A DNA stretch of 64,000 nt, taken from Taishania sp. (lineage in GTDB: Bacteria > Bacteroidota > Bacteroidia > Flavobacteriales_D > Crocinitomicaceae). The notes under the pieces are model-generated. The model saw nothing but the letters and a program-made list of their open reading frames with translations. It was not told the origin of the DNA and did not search any database. Numbering within the stretch: the stretch's first letter is position 1; each line of letters begins with the position of its first letter. Position numbers and translations under genes: made by a program. Shown piece by piece: positions 47,227 through 56,692 of the stretch. The stretch is from assembly GCA_030150045.1 (NCBI GenBank), contig JASLGM010000026.1, forward strand, positions 37,182 to 101,181, in the 5' to 3' direction.

Positions 47227-47368
47227 GTAGCCTTAACGGTCTTTGTGCTTTAGTCAAGTCGTGCACCGTAAGTCCTGTACTTTAGCCAGCGAGCTTCCGT
47301 TGGTCGCTGCTACCAAAAGGCATTACTAACGTCGCACTTCCTTGAGCTATTGCACGCCGCCCTAGCTG
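47227..47368 (+). repeat. Rep-A copy 8 (same subfamily as copy 6)
   Basis: GTAGCCTTAACGGTCTTTGTGCTTTAGTC..TTCCGTTGGTC..GAGCTATTGCACGCCGCCCTAGCTG. Confidence 0.9.
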
Positions 47369-47505
47369 TGGTCAGAAGCAAAAATGTAGTAGTGTTGTTT
47401 TAAGGAGTAATTGGTCTTTCACCTTTTTAATTTTTTTTCTGGTTGAAAATGAAAAAATGCTTTATTTTAACATATTGAAACTCTTGATAAAATTTAGGAA
47501 AAGCC

Positions 47506-47946
47506 ATGGCAAGTGAAATTGACATTTTTAGTTTATATAAGCATAAAGACAACTTTTTTTTGCTGAAAACCGTACAAGCGAGTTATTCAAATGCTTCGCA
47601 AATAGAAGAGGATATAGCTGTTGAACAAGAGGTACAAAAACGTAAATGGATTTTACAGCAAATTCAGCAGTTGAAACAGTTAGATTTCCTAAATGATTTG
47701 ATTTTTGTTGGGGAATATCAAGGTTATCCGATGGGAGATGTACTTTATCAAGAAAAAGGAAACGTGGAATTGTCTCTTTTTTATATGGAAACGGCACATG
47801 GTTTTCCGTGGATTGTACTTGGTCATACTGAATCTGAAAATGAATTTCTGACAGAATTGTATGAAGACGATGATTTTGATTCTCTTCAACCCATAGGACA
47901 CCCCAAACACATTAAAGCATTGTTTTTCACCGAAAATGATTTTTAA
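47506..47946 (+). CDS. hypothetical acidic cytoplasmic protein
   Basis: 146 aa with no signal peptide and no recognisable motif. Confidence 0.55.
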   Translation: MASEIDIFSLYKHKDNFFLLKTVQASYSNASQIEEDIAVEQEVQKRKWILQQIQQLKQLDFLNDLIFVGEYQGYPMGDVLYQEKGNVELSLFYMETAHGFPWIVLGHTESENEFLTELYEDDDFDSLQPIGHPKHIKALFFTENDF

Positions 47947-47998
47947 TTCCTAGACGAATTCGAGTAGTTAGTACAAGAATGAAAAACTAATTTATTAA

Positions 47999-48037
47999 GT
48001 TGCTGTATCCTCAAGCAAGGATACAGCAACTTTTTTT
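47999..48037 (+). terminator. intrinsic terminator between convergent genes
   Basis: GTTGCTGTATCC..GGATACAGCAAC (12 bp perfect) followed by TTTTTTT. Confidence 0.85.
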
Positions 48038-49959
48038 CATCTGTTTTGTACCGGAATTAATCGGTCTTTTTTTATTGTACTTTTTAGAGAACCAAAACTC
48101 ACAGTAGCTTGATTTCCTTTTATTTCTATTACTATGCCAATGACAGATTGACCTTCCATACGAACTTTATCGCCGATTTCTAAAGGCTTCTCTTTTTGAA
48201 TCGATTGTGGTTTGTTTTCTACTTTCTTTGTTTTATCCTCTATTGTTTGTGCGACCTCTTGTTCTGCATCCTGTTTAGATAAATAAGCCGTTTCTATTTC
48301 TTTTTTCTTGTTTTCCCAATACAATTTGTCCTTGGCAATGGATTGTAAAAAGCGATCCATATTAATATAGTTTTCGCCAAGTTTTTGTGTTGCATCTGAG
48401 ATTATGTCCTTATCCAATCCAATTCTTTTGGCAACTTCAATCGCAAATGAACTGCCTGGACTTCCAATCGATAATTTATACATAGGTTGGTTCTTTTCTG
48501 CATCAAAAAGCATCGCTCCATTGATTATTCCCTCTGTTTTATATGCGTAGTCCTTTAAATTTTGGAAATGAGTTGTAATTACTCCAAAACTTTTCTTTTT
48601 GTTGAAGCGTTCCAAGATGGATTCTGCGATTGCGCCACCAATTTGAGGTTCTGTTCCACCACCAAATTCGTCAATTAGTATAAGAGATTTCTCATCGTTG
48701 TGGTCAAGGATGAATTTCATGTTACCTAAATGAGCCGTGTAGGTACTTAAGCTATTTTCCATACTTTGCCCATCACCTATGTCCATGAAAATATGATCAA
48801 ATACTCCAGCGCGGGATGCGCTGGTTACTGGAATTGGATTGCCACATTGTAACATGTATTGCAGTAGGGCAACCGTTTTTAGACATAAGGATTTACCACC
48901 TGCATTAACTCCAGAGATGATTAGTATTCTATTTAGAGAAGTAAGTTCAATATCTAAAGGATGTGCACTTTTATTTTGTTTGCGTAGTTCTATATCTAAT
49001 AAGGGATGCGTTGCGTTTATCCATTCTATGTTTTGATTGTTTTCAAAATGTGGTTTTATTGCATTGAAACGTAGTGCCACAAATGCTTTAGCTTGTGTAA
49101 AATCAATTTCTGCTAAAAAGTTGTACGAACGTAAAATCGCTACAATATCTGGACGTATGCTAGAAGTGAATTCCGTTAAAATACGTGCAATTTCTTTTCT
49201 TTCATCGTTTTGTAAATCTCGAAAGCGATTTGAGGCTTCAACGACTTCTTCGGGTTCTATGAAAACGGTTTTACCACTTCCAGAATTGTCGCGTATTATT
49301 CCTTTAATTTTTCTTTTATTCGCAGCAGTTACTGGAATTAGATAATGACCATCTCTTAGGTTTCCTCGCGTATCTTTATCTATTATTCCTTGTGCTTGAG
49401 CAGTTCTTAAGACGGCTGCCAATGCTTTTGTAATGTCTTTTTCTGCTTCAAATTTATTTTTCCGAATACTGAATAAGAGTTTTGAAGCGTTGTCTTTTAT
49501 AAGACCTGATTTGTCTAGAATTGCATTTGCTCTTTCAACAATGTTTGGAAATGTTTTTATGTCATTTGACATGTTTTTCAATTCCGGATATGTATATTCC
49601 TCGTTTTTTTGGCCCTTTTTTTTAGTTAGAAAGTCAACTATCTGGGCTATAGTCTCTAATGAATTTGCTAAAAGCGGTATTTCTTTTTCTGAAAGCCAAA
49701 AAGAAAGGTCATTTTCAATCTGATGAAGTGAAGTTCTTATATCTAGGTAATTATTTAGAGGGAAATTCTCTTTACAGGCAATAATTTGCTGAAATTCATG
49801 TGTTTGTTCTAAAGCTTTTCGAATGTATTTATAGTCGGTTGAAAAATGCATTTCATTCACTTTTTCTATTCCTAAAGGACTTAAACACTTTTCTTTAAGG
49901 TATTCTCTTATTTCATCGAAGTTTATTTTTTGTTCGAAGTTTTCTGGATAAATATTCAT
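48037..49959 (-). CDS. MutS2-like ATPase lacking a Smr domain
   Basis: About 640 aa from MNIYPENFEQKINFDEIREYL. Walker A GVNAGGKSLCLKT, Walker B LILIDEFGGGTEP, a coiled coil and a KOW-like end GDKVRMEGQSVIGIVIEIKG..V. The protein stops without the Smr nuclease module. Confidence 0.85.
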   Translation of the reverse strand: MNIYPENFEQKINFDEIREYLKEKCLSPLGIEKVNEMHFSTDYKYIRKALEQTHEFQQIIACKENFPLNNYLDIRTSLHQIENDLSFWLSEKEIPLLANSLETIAQIVDFLTKKKGQKNEEYTYPELKNMSNDIKTFPNIVERANAILDKSGLIKDNASKLLFSIRKNKFEAEKDITKALAAVLRTAQAQGIIDKDTRGNLRDGHYLIPVTAANKRKIKGIIRDNSGSGKTVFIEPEEVVEASNRFRDLQNDERKEIARILTEFTSSIRPDIVAILRSYNFLAEIDFTQAKAFVALRFNAIKPHFENNQNIEWINATHPLLDIELRKQNKSAHPLDIELTSLNRILIISGVNAGGKSLCLKTVALLQYMLQCGNPIPVTSASRAGVFDHIFMDIGDGQSMENSLSTYTAHLGNMKFILDHNDEKSLILIDEFGGGTEPQIGGAIAESILERFNKKKSFGVITTHFQNLKDYAYKTEGIINGAMLFDAEKNQPMYKLSIGSPGSSFAIEVAKRIGLDKDIISDATQKLGENYINMDRFLQSIAKDKLYWENKKKEIETAYLSKQDAEQEVAQTIEDKTKKVENKPQSIQKEKPLEIGDKVRMEGQSVIGIVIEIKGNQATVSFGSLKSTIKKDRLIPVQNR

Positions 49960-50057
49960 TTCAATAGATGTAAATAAGCTGTAAATAGATTTTAAAAGTC
50001 TATTTGACAGCATTGTGTAAATAAAATTGTTTGAAATTATTCCATATCGCATCTAAG

Positions 50058-50101
50058 ATTCTAGGGAAATACTGTTTATATAAAAGCAGTATTTCTAGAA
50101 T
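50058..50101. promoter_or_regulatory. long inverted repeat upstream of the mutS2-like gene
   Basis: ATTCTAGGGAAATACTG-N12-CAGTATTTCTAGAAT. No T-run follows it on either strand. Confidence 0.3.
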
Positions 50102-50304
50102 TAATCTAGGCTTTTCTATGATTCGAAAAGCAAAAAAGGCGATATGGTATTTATGCGGATAACAAAAAAGTAATTTAGTAAACTAATTCGTTGGTAAAGT
50201 TAATTCAATAAATATGATTTCATAAATATTATCATCTTAAATGTATGGTGATAAAGGATTAATCTTGAATTCCAATAAAATCTATGTTTTGAAAATCAAT
50301 TTTC

Positions 50305-50409
50305 GCGTGAAGGATAGGAGTGAAAAGCCCACAGGGGATACACAATTTATTGGGTAGAGCCGAGGACTTGTAGCGGATAGCCTGACCCCAATGCCTTGGG
50401 GGCACGCCC
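50305..50409 (+). repeat. Rep-B copy 3
   Basis: GCGTGAAGGATAGGAGTGAAAAGCC..ACTTGTAGCGGATAGCCTGAC-CCCCAA-TGCC-TTGGGG-GCACGCCC. The closing helix is GCGTG/CACGC. Confidence 0.85.
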
Positions 50410-50596
50410 TCTAAAATAAAATTAAGTTTTAAGGGGAACTGATTTTTGATGGTATTAGGTATGAAACCATCCATTTTAGCGAGAAAAACACAGCAGGTTT
50501 CGGAACATGGTTTTTACCTGTTTCTTTGTTATTACTGGCATTAGTTAGGAGAGGATCGATTTATGAATCTTTAGCAATAAAAAAAGTGGAGGAGAA

Positions 50597-50627
50597 ACAA
50601 AAATCCCGATAGTAGCTACCGGGATTT
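50597..50627 (-). terminator. intrinsic terminator of the pirin gene
   Basis: AAATCCCG..CGGGATTT with a T-run on the minus strand. Confidence 0.7.
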
Positions 50628-50649
50628 ATAAGAGATAAAGGAAAATCGG

Positions 50650-51528
50650 TTAGTCTTCTAAGTGACCAAAAGCTCCGTTATTAAAGTCCTCAAATGCTTG
50701 CATTAGTTCCTGACGTGTATTCATTACGAAAGGGCCGTGAGCTGCAATTGGTTCGTTGATGGGCTCTGCGCTGATTAAGAAAACCAATGCGTCTTCGTGT
50801 GCTTCAAAGCTGAACGATTCTCCTTCGTTTTCTAATAATACAAAGTGATCGGTTGGTGCATCAGCCTCTTCATTGACACGAATTGCTCCTTCAATAATCA
50901 GTAAACCCGTGTTGAAGTGAGCGGGGAAATTAAATGACGCTTTGTCGCCTTTTTTTAATCGGACGTTGAATAAATTCACTGTCGTAAAAGTATCTGCACT
51001 TCCGCGTTGATCTTTGTATTCACCAGCAATGATTTCAATTTCACTTCCGTTTTCACCAATTTTATAACGTGGTATTTCAGCATTTTTTATTGCTTGGTAC
51101 TTTGGAGTACTCATTTTGTCCTTTGCAGGTAAATTGACCCACAATTGTACCATTTGGAAAATCCCCCCTTTTTTACTCCATTCACTTTCGTGAAATTCTT
51201 TATGTAAAACGCCTGATGCTGCCGTCATCCATTGAACATCTCCTTGGCCAATGATTCCTCCACCGCCACTGCTGTCGTGGTGCTCTACACTGCCTTGGTA
51301 AGCAATGGTTACGGTTTCAAAACCTCGGTGTGGATGTACACCAACACCACGAGGAATTTCTGTTGGAGTAAAATTGTATTTAGAGTTGTAATCCAACATA
51401 ATGATCGGATCCATGCGCTGCATATCCATTCGGTATGAACTTGGAATAAAGTTATGGACTCTAAAACCATCTCCTACAAAATGAGGTTCTCTAGGAGGAA
51501 TTACGATTTCTACATTTTTTGTTGCCAT
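50650..51528 (-). CDS. pirin-family protein
   Basis: 292 aa with the cupin metal site HPHRGFETVT..H and the conserved pirin C-terminal domain. Confidence 0.9.
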   Translation of the reverse strand: MATKNVEIVIPPREPHFVGDGFRVHNFIPSSYRMDMQRMDPIIMLDYNSKYNFTPTEIPRGVGVHPHRGFETVTIAYQGSVEHHDSSGGGGIIGQGDVQWMTAASGVLHKEFHESEWSKKGGIFQMVQLWVNLPAKDKMSTPKYQAIKNAEIPRYKIGENGSEIEIIAGEYKDQRGSADTFTTVNLFNVRLKKGDKASFNFPAHFNTGLLIIEGAIRVNEEADAPTDHFVLLENEGESFSFEAHEDALVFLISAEPINEPIAAHGPFVMNTRQELMQAFEDFNNGAFGHLED

Positions 51529-51637
51529 ATGCTTTGATTTTGTAGTACAAAGTTAAGGCTAAGATGTCTTAATATTGTTAATCTAGATTAAGAAACACTT
51601 TAATGTGAAAAATCACAATGAAAAGAAGTGAATCCAT

Positions 51638-52816
51638 TTATGGAACCGCTATTTTCCACTTTTTTACGACTTTATAAGTTTTGTTTCGAGCAATGATTTC
51701 GTAAGAACCTGCAGTTAAATACAGGGTGTTTTCTGTTGAAGGCTTGTCTATTTCCAAGCAGTCTACAGGAACGCCTTGTTTCTTATAACTACCCGTTTTA
51801 TACGCTAGAATCTGCAAAGGAAAAGTTTGACCTTTTAATGCTTTTTCAGAAAGGGTAATAGGTGTTTTTCCTGCTGTATACCATGTTGGACGACCGTTTA
51901 CTACGATTGTTTTGGGATGGAAAAGTTGAATGTCCGTTTGTTTTGGTGAACGATATCCTGAAAAAGGCACCTTGTTTTCATCGACTAATACACTTGGCTC
52001 TTTGGGCGTAAAAGCATTTAATAGCGGATGGTTGAAAGCATCTTCACTACGCTCCGTTAATGGAATTTGACTTATTGTTAGGGGATTAATTCCTGTAAGT
52101 TCACTTAACCTTCCTGCCATGGCTAAACCCCAATTAGAAACTTCGATCTCACTCGCATGATCATACCCACAAAAAATTAGTGTTTTACCATTTTGATTTG
52201 ATTGTAGAAATTTATATATGTTATCCGCTTGTTTTTGTTCGCGTTCAGCAGGTGTTTTTGTGTCTTCTGCCTCATATCCAAATACGGTAAATCCGATCTG
52301 AACAGCCGTTTCAATTAACCGCGCCATCTCAGGCTCTCTCGTGTAATAACCGTCGTTTATTTGAATGAATTTCCGATTGTTTACACCAGTCTCCCAAAGT
52401 GCTTCTAATCCGAAATAACGGTATCCATTTACATAAAGACCTTCCAATAAACTCTTTGCAAATACGCGATGTTGCGCTTGGTGGTGTGCTTCGTTAAGAA
52501 TAATGATTTCTTCTTTTTTAGCTTGTTCAATAATGTAATCTTTTGCTGAAACGGCCGTGAGGCGCTCCATCCAAATAGAATCTTCTTGTGTTGGAATAAT
52601 CATTCGCGGCAAGGTTGCTAAATCCCAAGATGCTTTGACTTTATCATAGTTCCCTATAAAAGAATAACTGACGGCCAAAAGTTGGTTTTTCCAGCCGATA
52701 GAATCTGGATTTATTTCTTTTTGTACATCTGAAGTAAAGAGATAAGGCTCTGTTGATTGAGCAAACAGCGACGAGGAGAAAATACAGATGATGAATAAGG
52801 AAAACAGTTTTTTCAT
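51638..52816 (-). CDS. secreted protein, possibly ChaN/Tiki-superfamily
   Basis: The start at MKKLFSLFIICIFSSSLFAQ is preferred. IIILNEAHHQAQHR resembles the GExH motif of ChaN-like proteins, so the functional assignment is weak. Confidence 0.6.
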   Translation of the reverse strand: MKKLFSLFIICIFSSSLFAQSTEPYLFTSDVQKEINPDSIGWKNQLLAVSYSFIGNYDKVKASWDLATLPRMIIPTQEDSIWMERLTAVSAKDYIIEQAKKEEIIILNEAHHQAQHRVFAKSLLEGLYVNGYRYFGLEALWETGVNNRKFIQINDGYYTREPEMARLIETAVQIGFTVFGYEAEDTKTPAEREQKQADNIYKFLQSNQNGKTLIFCGYDHASEIEVSNWGLAMAGRLSELTGINPLTISQIPLTERSEDAFNHPLLNAFTPKEPSVLVDENKVPFSGYRSPKQTDIQLFHPKTIVVNGRPTWYTAGKTPITLSEKALKGQTFPLQILAYKTGSYKKQGVPVDCLEIDKPSTENTLYLTAGSYEIIARNKTYKVVKKWKIAVP

Positions 52817-52835
52817 AAGGTACAATGCAAATATT

Positions 52836-53279
52836 TTATATAGAGATTTGTTTACCATTCTTTTTTGCTTTTTTGTCTTTTATATACCCATAAAAAACGC
52901 CTAACAAGAATCCAAAGGAAATACCACTCACAATCATTTGATAATTTTCATAAATAATGAAAAGTACTATTCCAATTGGAAAACCGATATACATTGAACC
53001 ATAAGTTTCCCAGGTTTTTATATAAAACTTTGGGGGGACGATGTCGTATTTTCTCTCAACAATTTTAGCAACTGAAGTGAATGTTTTTTGTGTTTCCCAT
53101 GTTCTGCGGTACGCAGGTACGGATTCTAATAATTCATTTCTAGCTTCGATTTGAGATATAGTTTCTGCATCAATGTCAAAATTGTTGAGCGCCTTTAAAT
53201 AATTAAGGTACGTATTATGAGCTTTTAATAATCTCCGTTTTGGAGAGGCTACCATTAGTGTCGGAAGTGTTATTTTCAT
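52836..53279 (-). CDS. small membrane protein of unknown function
   Basis: About 147 aa from the ATG at 53279, with two C-terminal TM helices. Confidence 0.55.
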   Translation of the reverse strand: MKITLPTLMVASPKRRLLKAHNTYLNYLKALNNFDIDAETISQIEARNELLESVPAYRRTWETQKTFTSVAKIVERKYDIVPPKFYIKTWETYGSMYIGFPIGIVLFIIYENYQMIVSGISFGFLLGVFYGYIKDKKAKKNGKQISI

Positions 53280-53358
53280 AGTTTGTTGTAATAGATACAC
53301 TAAATATAATGAAAAGTTGACTTTGAGCTTTACCGTTCATCCAAAAAAACAAAGGGAA

Positions 53359-53973
53359 TCAGGGTTGGTTGACGATTGACCTAAATGTCAAATTGATACG
53401 TGGTGCTTTTACTTTTGTTGTTGGCGGTAAGCGATGAAGCCAAAAATGTTGGGTAGCAGCTTTCATGATGAGTAAACTACCATTTTCTAAAAGTAGTTCT
53501 ATTTTTTCTTTGGTTTCTTTGTGTTTAAAAGCAAATTTACGTTCTGCACCAAAACTCAGTGAAGCAATTGCACCAAAGGGTTTCAAGTCTTTTTCACCAT
53601 CACTGTGCCAAGCCATTCCTTCCGTTCCGTCGTGATATAAATTAAGTAAGCAAGCATTAAACGATTCACCCGTTTTTGCTTCGATCTCGTCTTTTAATTT
53701 TAAAAGGGTTGTAGTCCAGGGAAGTGCATTTTTGGTTTTGTTTGAATAAGTATAATGAAATTCCCGGTCGCCATGCCATGCCACTTTTCGCTTGGTGAGA
53801 ATGTTTTTCCCGAAAATAATAGCTTCGTCATTTTTCCATTCAATTTCATGTAGAAGGGTTTCATAGAAATGCTGTGCCTCCAATTCCGAGAAAATTTTTC
53901 CGAAGTAGATTACCGTTCCATCTTTTGGAAGTAGGTTTTGCGCTGGGTCGGCAGGGAAATCAAACAATTTCAT
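53359..53973 (-). CDS. alkB: alpha-ketoglutarate-dependent dioxygenase AlkB
   Basis: 2OG-Fe(II) oxygenase pattern WHSDGE (HxD) ... H ... RINLTFR. Overlaps the ada-like gene by 14 nt. Confidence 0.88.
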   Translation of the reverse strand: MKLFDFPADPAQNLLPKDGTVIYFGKIFSELEAQHFYETLLHEIEWKNDEAIIFGKNILTKRKVAWHGDREFHYTYSNKTKNALPWTTTLLKLKDEIEAKTGESFNACLLNLYHDGTEGMAWHSDGEKDLKPFGAIASLSFGAERKFAFKHKETKEKIELLLENGSLLIMKAATQHFWLHRLPPTTKVKAPRINLTFRSIVNQP

Positions 53974-54820
53974 CCTCCGAATTTGATTTAATTTGAGCAC
54001 TTTCCCATGCAATCATCGCTTTTTTACGTGTCACGCCCCAACGATATCCACTGATCATACCAGAAGATTGAATGACGCGATGGCACGGAATTAAAAAGGC
54101 AATCGGATTATTACCAATCGCAGTACCTACAGCGCGCGAAGCTTTAGGATTCCCTGTTTTTTCAGCAATTACACCATAGGTACTTAATGCACCAGAAGGA
54201 ATTTTCAATAAAGCTTCCCATACTTTTAACTGAAATGGCGTTCCTTTTAAGTGCAATTTTACGGTTTCTAATTGGGAAAAATCCTGGTGAAAGAAGCGTA
54301 AGGCAGTTGTTTGGTGCAGGTCTATTTCCTTCCTAAAAGTAGCGTTAGGAAATTGATCGAAAAGTAACTTTAAATCTTCTTTTTCCTCTTCAATAAAGGA
54401 AATGAAACACATCCCTTTTTCTGTTGAAGCAAGCAGCAAAGTGCCAAATAGAGTGGAGGCCGTTTGGTATCGAATAACCAAATTTTCGCCTCCGTTTTTA
54501 TATTCAAATGGCGTCATACCTTCTATTTGAACAAACAAATCATGCAAGCGACTTGTGCTTGATAATCCGGATTCAAAACTGACATCAAAAAGTGTTTTTT
54601 CAGGAGATTGCAGCAATCTTTTAGCATGTTGAAGTTTCAAATATTGAATGAATTTCTTAGGACTTGTGCCTGCCCATTCTGTAAAAATACGATGGAAGTG
54701 GAAGGGACTCAATTGCATTTCAGATGCCAAATCTTCGAGTGAAAAGGACCGCGTTGGATCTTGGGAAATCCATTCAATCGCTTGTGCTATGCGTTGATAA
54801 TTGACCTGTTTCTGATCCAT
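53960..54820 (-). CDS. AraC-HTH / methylated-DNA-protein-cysteine methyltransferase fusion (Ada-like)
   Basis: 286 aa with an N-terminal AraC-type HTH and a C-terminal MGMT domain carrying the active site IPCHRV. Confidence 0.9.
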   Translation of the reverse strand: MDQKQVNYQRIAQAIEWISQDPTRSFSLEDLASEMQLSPFHFHRIFTEWAGTSPKKFIQYLKLQHAKRLLQSPEKTLFDVSFESGLSSTSRLHDLFVQIEGMTPFEYKNGGENLVIRYQTASTLFGTLLLASTEKGMCFISFIEEEKEDLKLLFDQFPNATFRKEIDLHQTTALRFFHQDFSQLETVKLHLKGTPFQLKVWEALLKIPSGALSTYGVIAEKTGNPKASRAVGTAIGNNPIAFLIPCHRVIQSSGMISGYRWGVTRKKAMIAWESAQIKSNSEDEIV

Positions 54821-54927
54821 TTTTTCTTACAAATATCGATAATTGCGCTTTGGCAAACAATCCATTTCTTGCTTTTTGTTTTCTTTTTTAGGGGGAATTT
54901 AAGCACTTGAAAAGCAGGAATAATTAT

Positions 54928-55036
54928 GGGCGTTACCCAACCCTTTGTCAAAAAAAGAGGAAGGTTGGGTCGGGCTTTTCGTTACAATCTTTTTGTTCGT
55001 TCCTCCAAAAAGGATTTTCTCTGCAATCCCTAACGC
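54928..55036 (-). repeat. Rep-B copy 4
   Basis: The reverse complement reads GCGTTAGGGATTGCAGAGAAAATCC..GTAACGAAAAGCCCGAC-CCAACC..GGTTGG-GTAACGCCC. Confidence 0.85.
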
Positions 55037-55048
55037 AAACTGGAAAAA

Positions 55049-55897
55049 CTAACGATTTACATTCTCTCGAACAAAATCATATTTTTCTTTGCGTTTGAAT
55101 AAGGTGTATTCTTCAATATATGGCGCGTTTGGAATAAAACCATAATACTGTGATCCAGAATGATTGTATAAATAAATGTCATAGATTTGATAAAGGTTGG
55201 ATCCAATTTTACCTTCAAAATAAGCCTTGTCAATATACGGTAGGATGAATTCCCATGTGATATTTATTTTACTAGGAAAAGCGAGTGCTTTTTCAATTAA
55301 TAAATCTAATTCTCCCATGGAGATCCCTAAATCCAATTGATTAGGGAGGGTGTTATTGTTCATTTTTGCAATTTCTACTATTTTGACAATTAATTCAAAA
55401 TGTTGATTCCATGAATTAGGATTGATGAGCTCATTGTTGTTTATAACTTCTGATTTATTCTTTAATTGTTTGATGACGTTGGAAACTGAGTAGGAAAAAT
55501 AATTGTTTTGAATCCATTGTGGATGGTAGATCAAAGATTGCTCAATCATCCAATTTTGTAGATTGTTTTCATAGACTAATTGGTTGATATAGTAAAATCG
55601 ATTTTGAATTATAGTATCATTGAAGGTATAGAAATAACCATGGTTTTTCATTAGATCGATGATTTCACCTTTAAACGTTTCAATGTGTTGATTTTTTAAT
55701 AAAAAATACGAGAAATAAAGCGTATGATCTGGTAATAGTATTCTGTCTTCGGAAGACTTTACTTCCTTATAATATGCAAATTGATTATCGAAAGAGGCAT
55801 TCATATCAATAAGTACAATTTTTTTATGCGGTTGTGCATCGTATTGCCCTAATAGAATAAAGGGCAATGAGAAAATTAGTAGTAATCTTGATTTCAT
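55049..55897 (-). CDS. hypothetical secreted protein
   Basis: 282 aa with a signal peptide, rich in N, Y and I, and no recognisable motif. Confidence 0.6.
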   Translation of the reverse strand: MKSRLLLIFSLPFILLGQYDAQPHKKIVLIDMNASFDNQFAYYKEVKSSEDRILLPDHTLYFSYFLLKNQHIETFKGEIIDLMKNHGYFYTFNDTIIQNRFYYINQLVYENNLQNWMIEQSLIYHPQWIQNNYFSYSVSNVIKQLKNKSEVINNNELINPNSWNQHFELIVKIVEIAKMNNNTLPNQLDLGISMGELDLLIEKALAFPSKINITWEFILPYIDKAYFEGKIGSNLYQIYDIYLYNHSGSQYYGFIPNAPYIEEYTLFKRKEKYDFVRENVNR

Positions 55898-55996
55898 ATA
55901 CTAAAAGTAATTTTTTTTTGAATATTATATTTCCCTTCTATTGTATAAAAGAATTGAATTGATAAAACGATAAATTTTAGTGGCTGCCAATCACTT

Positions 55997-56164
55997 GCGT
56001 TAGGGATTGCAGCGGTTAGCTCTCTTGCGGTTCATTTTTTTGAAAGAAGTGTACGAACTAAATTATTATTTTTTTTTGGGAGAAAAGATGCAAGAGACTA
56101 GTAACGAAAAGCCCGCCCCGTTTTACTTTCCGAGAGAAAGGAGGAGGTAAAACGGGGAACGCCC
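55997..56164 (+). repeat. Rep-B copy 5 (long first hairpin)
   Basis: GCGTTAGGGATTGCAGCGGTTAGC, TCTCTTGC..GCAAGAGA, CTAGTAACGAAAAGCCCGC, CCCGTTTTAC..GTAAAACGGG, GAACGCCC. It is preceded by a GGCTGCC fragment. Confidence 0.85.
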
Positions 56165-56291
56165 AAAACGTATTGAATAAGAATTTCTTTCACCAAATCT
56201 TTCCTTTGAAAGGGTAAATAATTGTTAAGAATACAAGATTGGGCTGTTTTTTGGATTTTGTTTGCCTACATTTATAGTCAACTTTGTAAGT

Positions 56292-56639
56292 ATGTGGAAT
56301 CGTTTTGTTTTTTCGCGTTTATTGATTGCTAGTCTTGGCCTTTTCGCTTTGATGCCTTGTGTATTGAAGCAACACTTGGCGATGGATTTGCAGACGATTT
56401 ACGTGAAAGGAAATAGCAAGGCGGTAGCTACATGTGTTTTTGTACAAGAACGTCAGGCGGGCGCAACGAAAAGTGTTCAAATGGCCGACAGGCAAAGACA
56501 AATTCCGGCAACTGTTTCGGCGCAAACGGTTTTTGAAACAATGGAAAAGGCTTCTATTTGGCAGACCATTCCGAAATCGCTAGTTGCCAATAGTCCCCCT
56601 CTTTATATTTTACATGAGAACATGAAGATTGCGTGTTGA
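56292..56639 (+). CDS. small secreted protein of unknown function
   Basis: 115 aa from the ATG at 56292, with signal MWNRFVFSRLLIASLGLFALMPC. The C-terminal SPPLYILHENMKI resembles the PP tail of small Bacteroidota proteins found next to metal or redox operons; this resemblance is from memory. Confidence 0.5.
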   Translation: MWNRFVFSRLLIASLGLFALMPCVLKQHLAMDLQTIYVKGNSKAVATCVFVQERQAGATKSVQMADRQRQIPATVSAQTVFETMEKASIWQTIPKSLVANSPPLYILHENMKIAC

Positions 56640-56692
56640 TATCTATTTATCCGTTTTTAAATCAGTATATTACACAATAAATTCATTTTTTT

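Noticed and set aside
10507-50627. Several terminator hairpins share the stem AAATCCCG/CGGGATTT (10507, 11182, 13707, 50601), which might mark a further repeat family.
   Set aside because: The stems are short, the loops and flanks are unrelated, and A-run/GC-stem/T-run hairpins converge easily in AT-rich genomes. Only the 10507 and 11182 hairpins are linked by wider similarity, and that is reported separately.
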